Made by a program: the position numbers and the translations under genes. Below the pieces are notes generated by a model, which had not been told where the DNA came from, searched no databases, and saw nothing but the letters and a program-made list of their open reading frames with translations. A DNA stretch of 64,000 bases, from positions 430,153-494,152 of the forward strand of contig ML996697.1 of the NCBI GenBank assembly GCA_010356995.1, given 5' to 3'. The first letter of the stretch is position 1, and each line of letters opens with the position of its first letter. Shown in pieces: positions 38,541 through 52,231 of the stretch. This DNA is from Trichodelitschia bisporula. Lineage: Eukaryota.

Positions 38541-38721
38541 GGGTGTTGGGCTCTGGGGTGTCGGCTCTGGGAGTGTCGGTCTCTGGGGATGTCGGTTTTC
38601 GGGTATGCCCTAGAGACCCACGACCCCCGAGTTCGAAACCCCCGAGTTCGAAACCCCCCAGAGTTCCATACCCCTAGAGCCCAGAGTTCGGCACCCCAAG
38701 AGCCCAGACTTCGACACCCGA
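38541..38721. repeat. Foldback-like inverted arrays of ~15-bp units
   Basis: The left arm repeats CTCTGGG..TGTCGG. The right arm repeats complementary units (CCCAGAG, CGACACCC; ACCCCCGAGTTCGAA x2 at 38623-38652). Confidence 0.65.
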
Positions 38722-41700
38722 ATGCTTCCGAATCTTCCCGCTCTTCAACCACAGCCCAGCCCCAAGCGCAATGACGTCGCCAACACATGCCTACCCCACG
38801 GACATACCTCCGCCCGCTCAACAAGCTTCGCTAGCGGCCCATTGCATCTGCCCATCTGCATAGCCTAGTAAGTTGCTACACTCAAGTTGCGACCAGGCGG
38901 ACTATCCCGATCACCATAGTAGTACAAGATGGCGTCACACAGCAGGACCATCCGTTGCCCGATAGGGAAGAAATCTGGCTTGAACTTGATTTTGGCTCGA
39001 CCGGGGGCGCTGGATCAGCGATTTGGATGCTGGTTGAGAATGCGGGATCAGATGCGTTTAGGTTGAGGCTAGGATAATGGGACAGAAATGTGCGGTATGT
39101 TACATTGCCGGGGGAACGGAGGGCCTGCGGGATGATGGGGTTGCTGCGTTAGCGGGGTTCATCGCAGTTGGAAGGCGGCCGGGTTGCGACGCAGTTTGTG
39201 GAGATAGATCCACACAGGGAGGTGGGGCGTAGGGATACTCGTATTGAGCGGAAGAACGGCATTTGGAAAGTGGAGATGGATGAGAAGGGCCATATGGGAT
39301 TTCTTAACGTAGCTAAGTATGGACATGGAGCCTATCGGCATCTAATCATGGAAAGCATGGAGGAGGGGTTGTTCGACATGTGGTGGGGTTGCTGAATACG
39401 TCATGACGATCTCGGTGAAATGATCATCCGGATAGTGAGCCCAATCACCGCTTTCAGCCCTGCCACTTTCCAGGACATAATGCGTGTCATGCACCCTGAT
39501 GTGTTTATGAAAAAAGGATGCGAGATGCTGCAGCCAGCTGGACTAGTGGAACAGATTGATTGAGCTAGTTGCGCTCAAATCTGGTTACGGTACCTCTTGG
39601 AAACGGGCATCCGGGAGGGTGGTGCGGAAAACGCATCGCCTCCCTACTGGTTGTTAGTAATTGCCTAGACTAAAATTATCTCGATGTCAAACTCCCAAAC
39701 TCAGTGAAGATGGTAGAGCGCGTACACGATCAGGCTCCGAGTCGAATCGTCGTGACGAACAAGCTCGGCCCGATGCTCGGAGCACTGACGAGCCGAGCCG
39801 ATCCTTCCTTCGGGCCGAATAAGAAAGCCGGAGGAGATTCTTAAACCGGGCGAGGAGATATTGGTTCAAAAGTCAGCATTACCTTATCCCGAACAACGGA
39901 GCATCGAGTGGCGGCTATCCTGCAAGTCATCAGCGACATCGGCGCCGGCGCTAAAAAGTTGGATACCCACATGCCACAGCAAGCCCTACCCTGCCCTGCT
40001 TCCTCCCCGCCCATCGGCGCTTGCCAGGCCTAGCCGGGAAATCATTCCATAAAACCTTTGTTCGTGCACCAATCACATTCTCTCTTCCCCACGCGATGAC
40101 CTACAAGCAACTCGACTCACACACTTAAACAAACAAAGCACTCCAAATCGTCCCAACTGTTGCTGGAGCCGCACACCATCCGCCGCTAACAACGACCCAA
40201 GGTCGAGTGGCGATTCCAGCTGTCCAACAGCATCGCTCACCATCCAAAGGGGCAGCATCTCGCGAGACATGTTGCCGCCATTTCAGCCACGGGGTGTGGG
40301 GCGCGCTAGCGGGAGGCTGAGTGGCGCAGCGGCCACGGCAAGACCCCGCGCCGATCTGGTACGTACCACTACCGTAAGGAGCCAGCGATGTGACAGCAGA
40401 TCTCTCAGGCGGGGACTAAGGTTCTGTCAAATGCGTGCGTCGGGTATTCTCGGGGAGAGAGGGTAAGGGGAAAGCTTTTGAATCATGGGGTGGAATTGTG
40501 CCGGGATGGAAGCAAGGGACGAGGGTCGGGCAGGGTCGAAGTTGAAAAGACTGGGGTTTCGATGCTCATGTGGTCTGCGTGGGATGCCAAGCTGTGGAGG
40601 ATGCGTAAACGCTTTTAGGGTACGATTCTGAAGGTCGCGATGGACGCGGCAGTAAAGAGAAGATGTTCAGAATATCATCGTACGATACCCGACGCAGGTG
40701 CGGGGCGATCAGCGCGAGCAAGCCGGTAAAGAGGGGAAGGCGAGGTTGATAGATGAAGCTGCCTTTAGGACTCTCAACGGAATAACGTTCGCACGAAACA
40801 TCTCTCAGCCCACCCTGCATCGCCAAGTGCGCTAACCCGTTCCCACGAACATGGCGCTTGGCGCGGCTCGCGATGTCGCGGGCAGTGTGACGTAAATGAC
40901 CGAGGCCGAAGGTCGTCTCTCGCGGCCAGCGATTGGGAGAACGAGCGGAGTTCGCTCCGGGACCCACGGGACCCGTTCGGCGGCCCGCTCGAATCATCAT
41001 TCAATTCACCTTCCTCCGAAGCTCACATGAGCCCCTGTACGACCCAACCCTCTCCACCGGTTTCTATATTGCAACCCAAAATCCCTCCATCACGGGGAGG
41101 GCATGACCGCCTCCGCGCCGCCGCTGCTGCCGTTACTGCACCCCGCCCCCGCTTCCGCGACTCGTTACTGCAGAGTGCGGGCCAGACTCCTTCGCGCTCC
41201 GGTGTAATTGGCCGCGAGTGGGGGTCCTCAACGTCAGATTAAAGCTGTGGCTACCCGACCGCGCGTCTCGACCTGGGGGGCCCCATTGATAGTGCGAGCA
41301 CAAGGCCCAAGACCGTCTGCGATGCGGAGCCCGTGTGACGGGGCGTGGCGTTAGAGCGGGCGGATGACATCCACTGAAAAGAGGGACCGGCGGGAGTGGA
41401 GCGGATGTGGACTGATGGACACTCTATCATTTCTTCGGCTGCTTCGAATTCGTCGCCTGCCTTCCAATGAGTTGAAAGAATGGCACTTGGGCGAAGTGAT
41501 ATGCAAGACTCCAAGAAAGCCTGTAGGTGATGAAAATTTCTACCCCACCTCAAGCACGACGTTTGGTGCCGCGGTGCAGGGATAGGCCGGTCGTTGAGGC
41601 TTGGACCCCGTCCGGGCCGTGCGCAGCTTGTGCGTTCGGCAGACCGCCTCCCGGGGCGAAACATCGTCAAGCGAGAAGCGGGAGGGAGATAGAGACAGAG

Positions 41701-44700
41701 GACCCCTTGGACGCGGCAGACAAACGCACAGTTGGAAAAAAAAAAGGAATGCATGACATTTCGCGACCGCCCTTCGTCTGCTTTAGGTAGGTGGGGTCTC
41801 GCCTTCTGAATCCCTTCAAGATCGTACGCACGCCTCTCGACCCCGAATCCTGGACAAAGGCTCTTGAGTGCAAAAAGCAATCCGACAACGGCGCGGGGCT
41901 AGTCGCGCGGGTGAACCTGCTAATAATGCCACCCCTGCGTACATATCCTGCGTACTAGTCGAGAGCCTTGCTGCATAGTACACGATAGACTTCGATAGTG
42001 TCGTATATCTGAGGTCGTTACCGGCACGGGGGGAGAAGGAGAGGAGGGAGTTCACTTCTTCCGGCCTCCAATTCGTCTTGCCCTCACCGGCTCGGCGGCG
42101 GGGCACGCCATCAGCCTGGGCTTTCCTCAGAGTGAAACGAGCCCCGCGTGCCCCGCAGCCAGCGGCGCGGTCAGCAATCTGAACCGCAGCGCATCATTGG
42201 GACCGTACACGGCTGTGGAAACACAACATTTGTCTAAACTGCCTTGTATCTGGATGTTGTGCGGCCTCGCAGACAGAGGCCGCTGATCCGCGAGAAGTCG
42301 GCATTGACAAATAGGGTGGGGTGGGGGCGCAACATGTGGCTGCGGGTGCAGCTCCGCTGGAGGAGCAGGACAAAGAAAACTGGCAGCTGCGCGAAGCAAG
42401 ATGGCTCTTGTCTGGGTTCCAGGTGTGGGCGAGTTGCGTTAGCGGAGCCTGGCATCCACGATGGAGGGAGCCAAAGAGCAGCTTGGGACGCATTCGGACC
42501 ACGAGGGCGTCTGCGCGTGTTTGGAAGGGGGAATGCGCGACAGGTGGGCTGGTGCGCAAGCAGCTGAAACTTAGTCGTGGGAGGGTGTGCAAGACGACAA
42601 TTCATCGCTGAGGAGCCATTGCAGCAACCAGAGAGCAGAATTGGGACCGGAGGGGCCCGAGATGGATGTTGCAGCGCTGCATGGAGTCGGGCGGCCTTCT
42701 TGGGCAAACGGCGTTGCCTACATACGCACCGTGCAGGCGAGCCTACATGCGCTCGCTGCTGGCGATGAAAGCAACGCCTCATGGAGCGGCGCATATACGC
42801 GGCATGCATGTAGATTTCCTCAAGTGCATCTCTGTTGCAAGGCTCAGATCCGCCGGCGGGTAAGTGAGCGGGGCGATTCGCAGGTTCGAGGGAGGAGGGG
42901 ACACAAGCGCGCCACGCGGTTGAGGCCAGAGCGGATGCCGTTGTGATGACGAGGTGGGGGAATGCGAAGGGGCATTTTGACATTGTGGGATCGGGGACTC
43001 GGGATCGCGGAGTGGGACACTGGCTCCGCAACGCCATGAGGCTGTCGACTAGTTTTACCCCGCGATACGTGAGCGGAACCCTGCGGCTAGGTATCGTCTC
43101 CGCCTCACTCGATCACTCAGAGAGGGAATATCGGAGATGTCACCACCGTACTCACTCTTTTCTCCCACACCTCGCGGCCCGCACTATCCCATATTCATAC
43201 CGCATCATCGCACCCCCATACTCTCTTCCCCCCTCCCCATCCCCACCCCCCGTATTCACATCCCTCACCCACGACCCCTCAGGGTCCAAGCAGTCGCGGG
43301 GAAAGCGGTGGAGGTCCGTGCGACACAAGCCATGCACGAACGGGAAAGGAAGGCAGGAGACCCCTCCCCGTGACAGGCGTGGCTCAAGAGCGCGAAGGTC
43401 GAGAAAACTGGGAGAATCCGGAAGACGCGCGGTACGAGAACCTAGAACCAGAAATGCCATGACCCCACCGCACTTCACACCTCATGGCTACGATGCAAGG
43501 ACGCAACGTGCAGCATCAGGCCGCGGGACGACCAAACATCCACGATGCCCTCATTCATGCCCAGTCCGTCGCACGTCCCCAACCAAACGAACCCCTCCTC
43601 CCCCGCTCGGACGTTTTCCTCGCGCCAAAGTGCGCGCCGTGCGACGCGCAGCACGGTTCAACGGTAGCGACGGCGAGGACGAGGGCCGTGCACGCGGTCT
43701 AGAGGCCCTATCGCGGAGAGCCGTAGCCGTGATGGCCGACGATGCTGACCCGACCCCGCCAGGAAGTGGGAGGTTGGGCGAAGATAGATGATGGCAGCAA
43801 TTAGGATAGGGTGGCCGTGGGAGAAGCACAAGAAGGCGCGATTGACAGGCACACCGCCCGCTCGCCGTCTTGTGATCTTGCACCGCGGATTGGGTGTGCA
43901 CCCTAGCCCTGCACATTCTGCGCCTGGGTCGATCTGCCATTTAGATGCAAATCGCACTCTTCGAGGTAGGGCCTGTCATGCTCGGGGAAGGATTGAGAGG
44001 TGAGGGGGTGAGAGGTGTGAGGGGCGAAGGATGACGCCTACTTTTTGGCGCTGACGGGCCCAAGAAACCTCAATATGTACCATATCTTTGTTCATCACCC
44101 TTCGCAGCGTTCACCATGCACTCGCCGATGCTTCCGCGAGAAACATGGGGGCTGAATTTATACACGCTTGCCGCAGCTGGCGCACTAGTGCAGTTAGCCG
44201 CCGGGCGCCAGCGCGGACCGAGTAAAGGTGTCTCTGTGCGGTTCTTGGCACGGGGATTTTCGTTTCTGGTGGTTGTGAAGGTTTGGGATATGTGGTGTTG
44301 CGACTCGAATCGCTCGGGAGCTGCATTTCACCGCAGCACCGGTGGGAAAAAAGGGTAACTGAAGGCGTGCACACCATTTGCTGACTATAGCGCCCGGTGG
44401 CGACTGGCAAGGCTTGCGGATGCATCGCGGGTTCGACCTGTAGAAGTCTGTAGAGGCTCGAGACGAAGCGGTGAAGAAGCAGATGGACCGAATAGATGGA
44501 CGGTCGAGACGACAGGAGCTGGGAGTAGATACATGATCGAACCAAGACGGGATACTAGTAGACTTGCCGAGAAGGAGGGCGACCCAGCGAAGAGGGAATA
44601 CGGCAGCGGAGGGTTGCAGAAGTTGGTGGAGGAGCCGTGGCTGATGGGGATGGCCGATGGAGGGGGAGGGGTTGGGTGTGGGTTGGTGGAGCTTGGAGTC

Positions 44701-46675
44701 TTCAAAGATTGCGCATTTGAGGCTTGACTGGGGTGGGTGGAAGAGGCCCGTGCACGAGGCGAAGGCGTTGATGGGGATTGCGGCTTGCATGGTGATTGGT
44801 TGCACGTAGTTCGAAGGCTATCAAGAGGCTTGGAGGGGTGGACGGCGCATTTTTCGACGGTCTCGACGTTGTTAGTTATGAAGTTGTCGTGATCAAATTC
44901 GTGGAGGTGAAGGAAGGGTGGAAGGAAGAGGGAGCAGAGGGAGCGGGAAGAGGATGGGGCAATTGGTCGATGGTGAAGGGCAAAAGCCTGCATGAGCCAA
45001 ACAGATGGACTCTGATGTGCAATGATTGACAATGCCGAAGATGCTGGCAAGAGAAAACGAGTGATCATTGAGTGAAAGGTGAGAAGTGAGAGGCCGGCCA
45101 GCATACTGTATGGACTATCCCAGAGTGGAAGCGGGCTTGCCGCTAGTCACAGATGGGCTATCCCACATCTCGACGTGCGAGTGATGTCTTCGATTGCACC
45201 CAAAAGAAGATCTTCGACGAGCATCCGGCCTTCTTTCTTCCCTGGCTCGGCATGAGGTCGGAAGGGATTGTGGTTTGAGAACGAGAAACCGCGGGGAGGG
45301 CTTAGGACAAGATATTAGCACGGTGCAGGTTATTACGAGTAGCATGACATGGAGGGCCGGCGTTCACCCCGTCCGTCCCACTTCCTCTTCGCTCCTTCTT
45401 GCTCTTCTCTCCCGAGAGCTCGAGAGGTTGTTGTTCGGGTTTTCGAACGAGGCTTGTGTGGGTGTTGAGATTTCGGCTGATCCGCATCAAGGCGGCGCCT
45501 CTTTTCATCTTTTCATCTTGTCATCTTTTTTCATCCTCCACCCCTCACCACCACTGCACCACCCCCCTCCCCATCCCTACCCAGCTCAGCCCGAGCAACA
45601 CCCTCGTCCACACGGGACGTCAAGACTATCCAAGTTCCCTCTCATCCCCCCCCAGTCTAAGAGTGCAGGACAGTCAAAAAGGCCGTAATCTAGCACCAGA
45701 CGGAAACTAGGAGCAATCTCCGTCCTCGCAGTCCCACCTTTTTGAATCTCCATTCTCCCTCTCCTTCCTCTCCTCCCTCCTCTCACTCCCTCCCACCCGC
45801 ACCACGCTGGGGTTCCGCGGTTCTCTTCATCGCCTACCTCCTTCCCTATCCCCCTCCTCCTCGCCTCCCTCCTCTTCCTCCTCCTCCCTCTCCACCAAAC
45901 CTCCTCCCCGTCTCGTCGCCAGTCCGGTACTGCGGTAAACAACGGCATCAGCATTCACGGTTTGCCTGTTCACCACACCACACCACACTTTCCTCTACCG
46001 ACCCACCTCCCTCCTTCGACTTTTCGTGCACCACGCCAACACCCAGTCATGTGTGCATCCCTTGACTACTGACCGCGAACACCTTCCAGCCGCTTGGCGC
46101 ACTCTGCGTCTGCATCTCGACCAGCGAAGACGCCTTCATTGGCCACCCTTTCGCGCCTGCATCTCCAGTGCTTTCCAAGATTCGGGAATGATATAACAAT
46201 CAACTGCAGGGTGTTCAGCGGTTCTTTATTTCTCTCCGCTCTGTTTTACGTGACAGAGATCGAGTGCTCGAGGGGAAAAAAGTTGGGTGACAAAAGTTCT
46301 CCGGCTCATTCATTCACCGGAGAATCTCTTGAGTGAGCCACACCCCCTCCCCCTTCTTGCCATTCCTAGTCAGCAAACAAGTCCATGTGCTTGCACCATC
46401 TGCGAAACCGCAACATCCAACATTGCGCTACTCTAGCATACCACGCTCAACAGGAAAAGACATCTGCTGACAACAAGCGGTCTAGTTTGGGGAATTTCAC
46501 TTATTCCTGCCCTTTAATCAATGCCTCAGAAGCCTACCCACATCTCCGCTCCTTGTTTACCCCCCCGCTCCCCGGCCTGGTGATAACTGGCATTGCTCAG
46601 CACCGCCGGCAACCAACATCCTCCCTTCGAAAACCGCCACTTATCCATGTATACAGTGGGTAACCATCTTGAACC

Positions 46676-49242
46676 ATGGATACCGAAGACGGGCAAACGT
46701 TCATAAAGGTGCGGCACACATCTGATGTGAAGTTTGAGGAGGATTACTGACTGGGCGCTAGACTCTTGCGTACTTTGTCCGCACTCACGAAAAAGCTCTT
46801 GCCAATGCCCTTCAGCTACAGCGACAGAACTCGGGCGCCAGTCATGTCGCTGGCGGCGCTCCCACTTCCCCCATAACCCCATCCTCATCGGCATCCACTC
46901 TCGCGTCTGCCCTGTCCATGTCTTTTCCGCGGTTTCCTTCGCGCAGTGTGAAGCCCGTGAAGTTGACGCTCACACCGCATCATCTCTTCTACCTGCTCTC
47001 GCGCTTCTCGGAACTTGGAATCGCTGTAGGGCCGATGGACATAAGACTCGAGAACCTGCATACGGCAGCACCGTCAAACTATGTCTCCTTTCTGGATCTC
47101 GCTCAGCGTAAGAAGCTCAGGAACTCTGATCGTGACTCCATACACTCTGTGTCGAGTATACGTAGTGTCATGTCCACTATGAGTTCGCTATTCGCAGGCT
47201 TTGGGTTGTCCAAGTCCTCGTCCAAGTCGGAGAAACAGAAGGCACAAACTCTGGAAGACCTCAAGTATCTGTACTCTGCATTTACCAAAGTGCCGTGCTT
47301 GAGACTCGCGCCGGACCATCAGGCCCCGCTAATTTCTGGATACGAAGAGTTCCCCTTCGACGCTGCTGTGCCACTCTTTGCATTCAAGAACCTGAGCTCG
47401 CTTGAAATCTGCGACGTGGACTTTCGCCAATTCTGTGGCTGGGACCGAATGGCAGACCAGTTGCGGAGCTTGTCTGTGAAGCGCGCCAACCTTGATGACC
47501 CAATGGATCTGCTGATCAACATTGTGTTGGACGACATGGAAAAACGGCGTCGGCGATCTGCGAAAGGACCTCCCACTCCCGTTAACCCTTGGCCTGCTCC
47601 GCCCTCGAGACACATGGACCTGACCCAATCCGGTTCTCTTGTCCAACACCCAGCCTCTCCGGAGCGCACAGCCGGTAGCCCTGGCGCCATCAAGGGACGT
47701 CCGCGGAGTGCTTCACCGCGGCCGAGTGCCTCTCGCACCGGATCGTCTCACAGTCACAGCGAACAGTCGCGGTGTGCTACGCCGAAGGCAGCGCGCCGCT
47801 CCTCCGCGAGTTCAGAATCTCTCCATCAGCCTACGCCGCGCCATAGTACCTCAAACCTTCTGAGCATCAATACTCTCCCGCTCTCCAAATGGCGCTTCCT
47901 GGTGCATTTGAGTCTTGCTGATAATGGGTTAGCTATGCTGTCAGGAGCTGGCTTTGCGCCGCTTGCGAGCACGCTGTCATCGCTTGACTTGTCAAATAAC
48001 CTGTTCACGGAAATTCCGGATAGTCTGGCCACTCTGACGGCGTTACGGTCACTCAACATGGGCAATTGCATGATTGAATCATTGCACTCATTGCGTCGAC
48101 ATCCCCTCCCGGCCATCACAGTCCTTAACCTTCGTGGAAATCGACTTCCTTCTCTCTCTGGAATCGAGCGTCTTCCGTCGTTGGAACGTGTTGACTTGCG
48201 TGAGAACAAGCTTACTGACCCGACTGAAATCGCTCGCCTCACTGGCATTCCCAACATCTTCGACGTCTTTGTCAATCGAAATCCGTTCACGAAAACGCAT
48301 TCGAACTATCGCGTGGCCATCTTCAATCTGTTCCGCAAAACACCAGGTTATACGGAAGACATTTGCATTGACGGAGCTTCCCCGTCATACAGTGAGCGCA
48401 AGGCTCTTGTTGACCGAGTCCTCGAGCCATCCAACGCCCCCTTCATGAAGCCGCTGCCTAAAGACCCAGAGATTGAGGAGCCGCAAACGCCTCCGACATA
48501 CACCGCTACCACATCACGGGAGTCGCTTCCTTCGACCCCGACTGACAGTGCCACGGATAATCGAAGCCGTAGATCGGGCCACCAGCGGCGCAAGAGCGAT
48601 TACGGAGTGAGCAACTCTCAGCGCCGTCGAAAAGCCACGAAGCGGCGTATTGTCGAACTTGCACAGGCCGACTTCAATCTTGAACGCCGGCAGTCCGAAC
48701 CGGTGGCAACACACCGGTCTGTGGCGACAGATCACACTCCTGCCGATCTCGCAATCAAATTTGATCCCGTACCGGTTCCTCCGAAGGGTGTTGCGGCTGA
48801 GGATAGTACGTACGGAACCAGCGTCGAGGACACACCCGAGCGTCCACCAAAGCCTACGGACCAACCCAACATTATATCGGCTCAGATCGCCCCACCACCC
48901 GCCCAACCTGCACTCTTACCACCTCTGGAGACCCCTTCTCCTCCACTTCTTCGAACTGGTCTCCGTGCGAGCTCCGACTCGGCTGCGCCTGTTATGCAGC
49001 CACAGTTTGGTCCCGAGAGCGAATCTTACAGGCAGAAGATCGAGGCCTTACGCACGGATCTGGGAAGCGCATGGCTCAGCGCACTCAGCGACGAGGCGTG
49101 GGATGCACAGCAGCGCGGTAATACGTTCAGTCCATCGCTACCCCTGGGAACTGGGGTGGGCGTTGCAGGCGTTGCGGCTAGCGTGCCTGTTGTGAGGGCT
49201 GCGGGGCAGGGAATCGTGAGCGGTGGAAGAACACTGGGGTGA
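46676..49242 (+). CDS. Conserved fungal leucine-rich-repeat protein
   Basis: Exon 1 MDTEDGQTFIK, intron 46709-46761, then TLAYFVRTHEKALANAL in frame with ORF 46918..49242. LRRs include LSSLDLSNNLF, LRSLNMGNCMI, ITVLNLRGNRL and LERVDLRENKL. Confidence 0.9.
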
Positions 49243-52209
49243 GTGGCAAGATGGGATTTCGTATTCAAGAAAGGACAACAATTTCGCAATTTGAAGAGGT
49301 GGACAGTTGGGACTACCACATCGATGGCATCTACCTTGCAGGACCTGACTTGGCTAGCATCGGCAAGCAAGAGCGCCATTCACACGACACTGGGGATGAA
49401 GACCGTTACGACATTGGCACACCGTGCAGTTCCGTGATCCGTGGGGCTGCGTATTGACCGGCGACCTTCGGCCAGTGAGCGAGAACTAGAACAACAGGCG
49501 GCATTTTCGACATATACCGATACAACATGACAGATACACCGTATTGCCAGCAGCAGCACTTGAGGGCGAAGGTGGAAAGGATGGTGACATTTTGCATCCT
49601 ACGGCATTGTTCTCATAGAGATGATTTGCTGGGGGGTTTCAGAGTTGATGGATCGGGCGGCGGCGTTGCGGAGAGTTGTGAAAGGGTCGAAGCGGATGTC
49701 AATGGTTTGCCTTTGTTCTTCTTTTTGTCTGAGCGTGATTGCTTGTTTTCCGCGTGCTGTTTTGAGCTGTTCGACTGCTGCATTGTGACCTTTGATCTTG
49801 TGCATTTCTGTTGATGAGTATGGGCCTGTGTTATTGCTTTCTTGCATCATTGCATTATTGGGTGGTTATTCTTTCGGGCGAGATTCATTTGGGAGGAGAG
49901 GGAGACGGATGCATTCTTGTATTATACCTGGTGGCTCGCGTGATCATTTTTTTGTGCGGTGTATGGGTGTTCACGATGCCGTCTCTTGTCATGGCATTGG
50001 GATGGGAAAGCATTTCATTCGCTCTACCAAAAAGGGATGGGATGGGGAAAGACGGATGAGGCGGATTGCTTTTATCCTTCGATTCCTCCCCGCTTGGTGC
50101 AGGGAGGAGTGCGTCTTTGATATATGACTGGATGCGACACTGCAGACAAGCATTGTTCCACTTGAGAGGATGCCGGAACAGAGCGGCGGGATGACGAACA
50201 TGAATATTATACCCTTGAACCATGGCACTTTGACATTGGACAGGAAGCGCGAGAGCGGCTTGCCTACTATGATTCGTTGACGAATGCTGCATGCTCATGA
50301 GAGCGCTTTGCAGTTGATAGAGCGTGGCGTGAGCTGACACCGCAGAGCGCTACTGAACGTCGTTGCAGTTACGGTAGTAGGGTTGGATGAGATCATGGAG
50401 GGATTGCGTTGTATTGTGTACTCAACTTTGGGAGATGCGGCTGCGCTGAGGAAGGGTAACATATGACATCTCATGAGAGGAGGGGTTGGTACGATGTCTT
50501 GGCCGTCAACCCAAGGGCCTTGCCTGTCGGTGAGAATGCCTTGAGGGATGCGATGGGCGGGGTGGGGGAAACAATGCTGCCCCACTTTTGATACCTGTGA
50601 CTACCTTGTAGCATGGCGCGGGGGAGTGGTTATTTGAAGAGATAGGGCTCGAAGAGAGAAGATTTTTAAGCGTTTAGCTGTTTCGGGGAGGGATAGGTGG
50701 GCCTGATGGAGGGATGCTGAACTGGCGCAGCTGCAGGATATAGGGTAGGCGTGTCGTTGGTGAGGGCTGGATTCCGGTGTGGGCTGTCTAGTTCTAGACT
50801 GGACTAGGTACGCAGCAGACGCGCACGATGTCGCTGTTCTGTAGTGGAGGGGGGAGATCTTGCATGCATTAGCTGAAGTTTGACAAGAGCATAGTTTATA
50901 TGGCCGGACAGAAGAGGATACCATGCGTAGCCAGAAAATATATGTACCGACGGTGGGCGCGGATATGGGCGGGCTGGAAGAACAGATACGCGTGAGCTTG
51001 TACCTCCGTACTCCGTACTCGATGGCAGCATTGGGAATGCAACTTGTATGCGGTAAGTGTAGGGGAAGGGGAGGATGGCGGGGAATATATGCAAAGCGAG
51101 GTCAAGGCAGGATAGAGTGTCATGGTTTGTTGGTGTTGTTGTTGACTATCATTGGATGACGCAAGGAATGGTGATGGAGAGGGGGAGGCGTGGGAGGGTA
51201 GTAAATGGGAGAGCCTGGCCATTTCCGTTCAACCTGTTCGACAAGAGAGTCTTTTGAGTCCATTTTAGGGGCATTTCTGCCTTGCCATTCCAACCCGGAC
51301 TAGACGCTCCTCAGTGCGGTCCCGAAGCAACGCAAGCATCTCTCATCCATCCCAAGCCGTCCACACCCAGAGTCTTTCGCTCCGCCGCCCTGTGCAGTTT
51401 CCAAGAAGCCCATTCATCCTCGTCCATCTCGCCGACTTTGTTCATCTATCATCATCTCACTCACCTCCTTCCTCCCACTTCTTGAACCACCGCTCTGTGT
51501 TTAGCTTTCCACCCAAGCCATCTTCCGCTGAGAGGTCCGCCTTTGTTCTCCCAGAGTGACAAGAATCCAAAGATCAGAAGAGTTGCATCGTCTTCTTCAG
51601 CTTTCTGAAGCCCCCCTCCCCCAACATCCAAGGCAACCCCAACGCCACACGCTCCTCCAGACCTTTCCTTCTCCCCTTCAACCACAACTCCACCTTCTTC
51701 GCCATCCTCCACCTCCGTGGACATCCACCAAGTGAGCAGATTCCGACACCTCCCTAAAGCAACACTGCCAACGGGAAGTTCACACCTTTCCGAAACATCC
51801 GCTCTGAAAGAGTTTGACAAACGCCCAACGCCGACGAAGCTTCTGCGCCGCCGAATCCCCAGCATCAAGGGAACATAATCCGCCGGTGAGTGAAAAAGGC
51901 ATCGCACGCAAATATCTTGCCCAAACTCCCCTCACCGCGCCTCCCCATCCTACAGAAGCTGCGCAGGTCTGCTAGACGGTACGCATACTGCTGCTTTGCT
52001 GCTGCTGCTGCCACCGTTGATGTTGATGCTGTCGTGGTATTGTCCTACAATTGCCGCCGCCCTCTGCTCTGCTTCTCCACTGCTGTCGCCGCCGCCGCTG
52101 CTTGTTGCTTGCTGCGCCAGCTTGTCACTGCCGGTTCATAATCGGCTTATTTTCGCCTCCCCGCGCTAGTTTGCACCCTCTTACATTCCCTTCCCCCCAA
52201 AAAATAACA

Positions 52210-52231
52210 CCCCCCCCCCCCCCCCCCCCCC
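52210..52231. repeat. Poly-C homopolymer (22 nt) in the PP1 leader region
   Basis: Directly visible. Confidence 0.95.

Noticed and set aside
38770..39395. Possible small gene or pseudogene ending in ORF 39168..39395
   Set aside because: Some splice-like signals exist, but there are in-frame stops and no recognisable family; unsupported.
41000..43960. Long overlapping GC-rich ORFs (e.g. 42234..43037, 42943..43791)
   Set aside because: Arg/Pro/Ala-rich translations on both strands are typical of GC-rich non-coding DNA; no domains.
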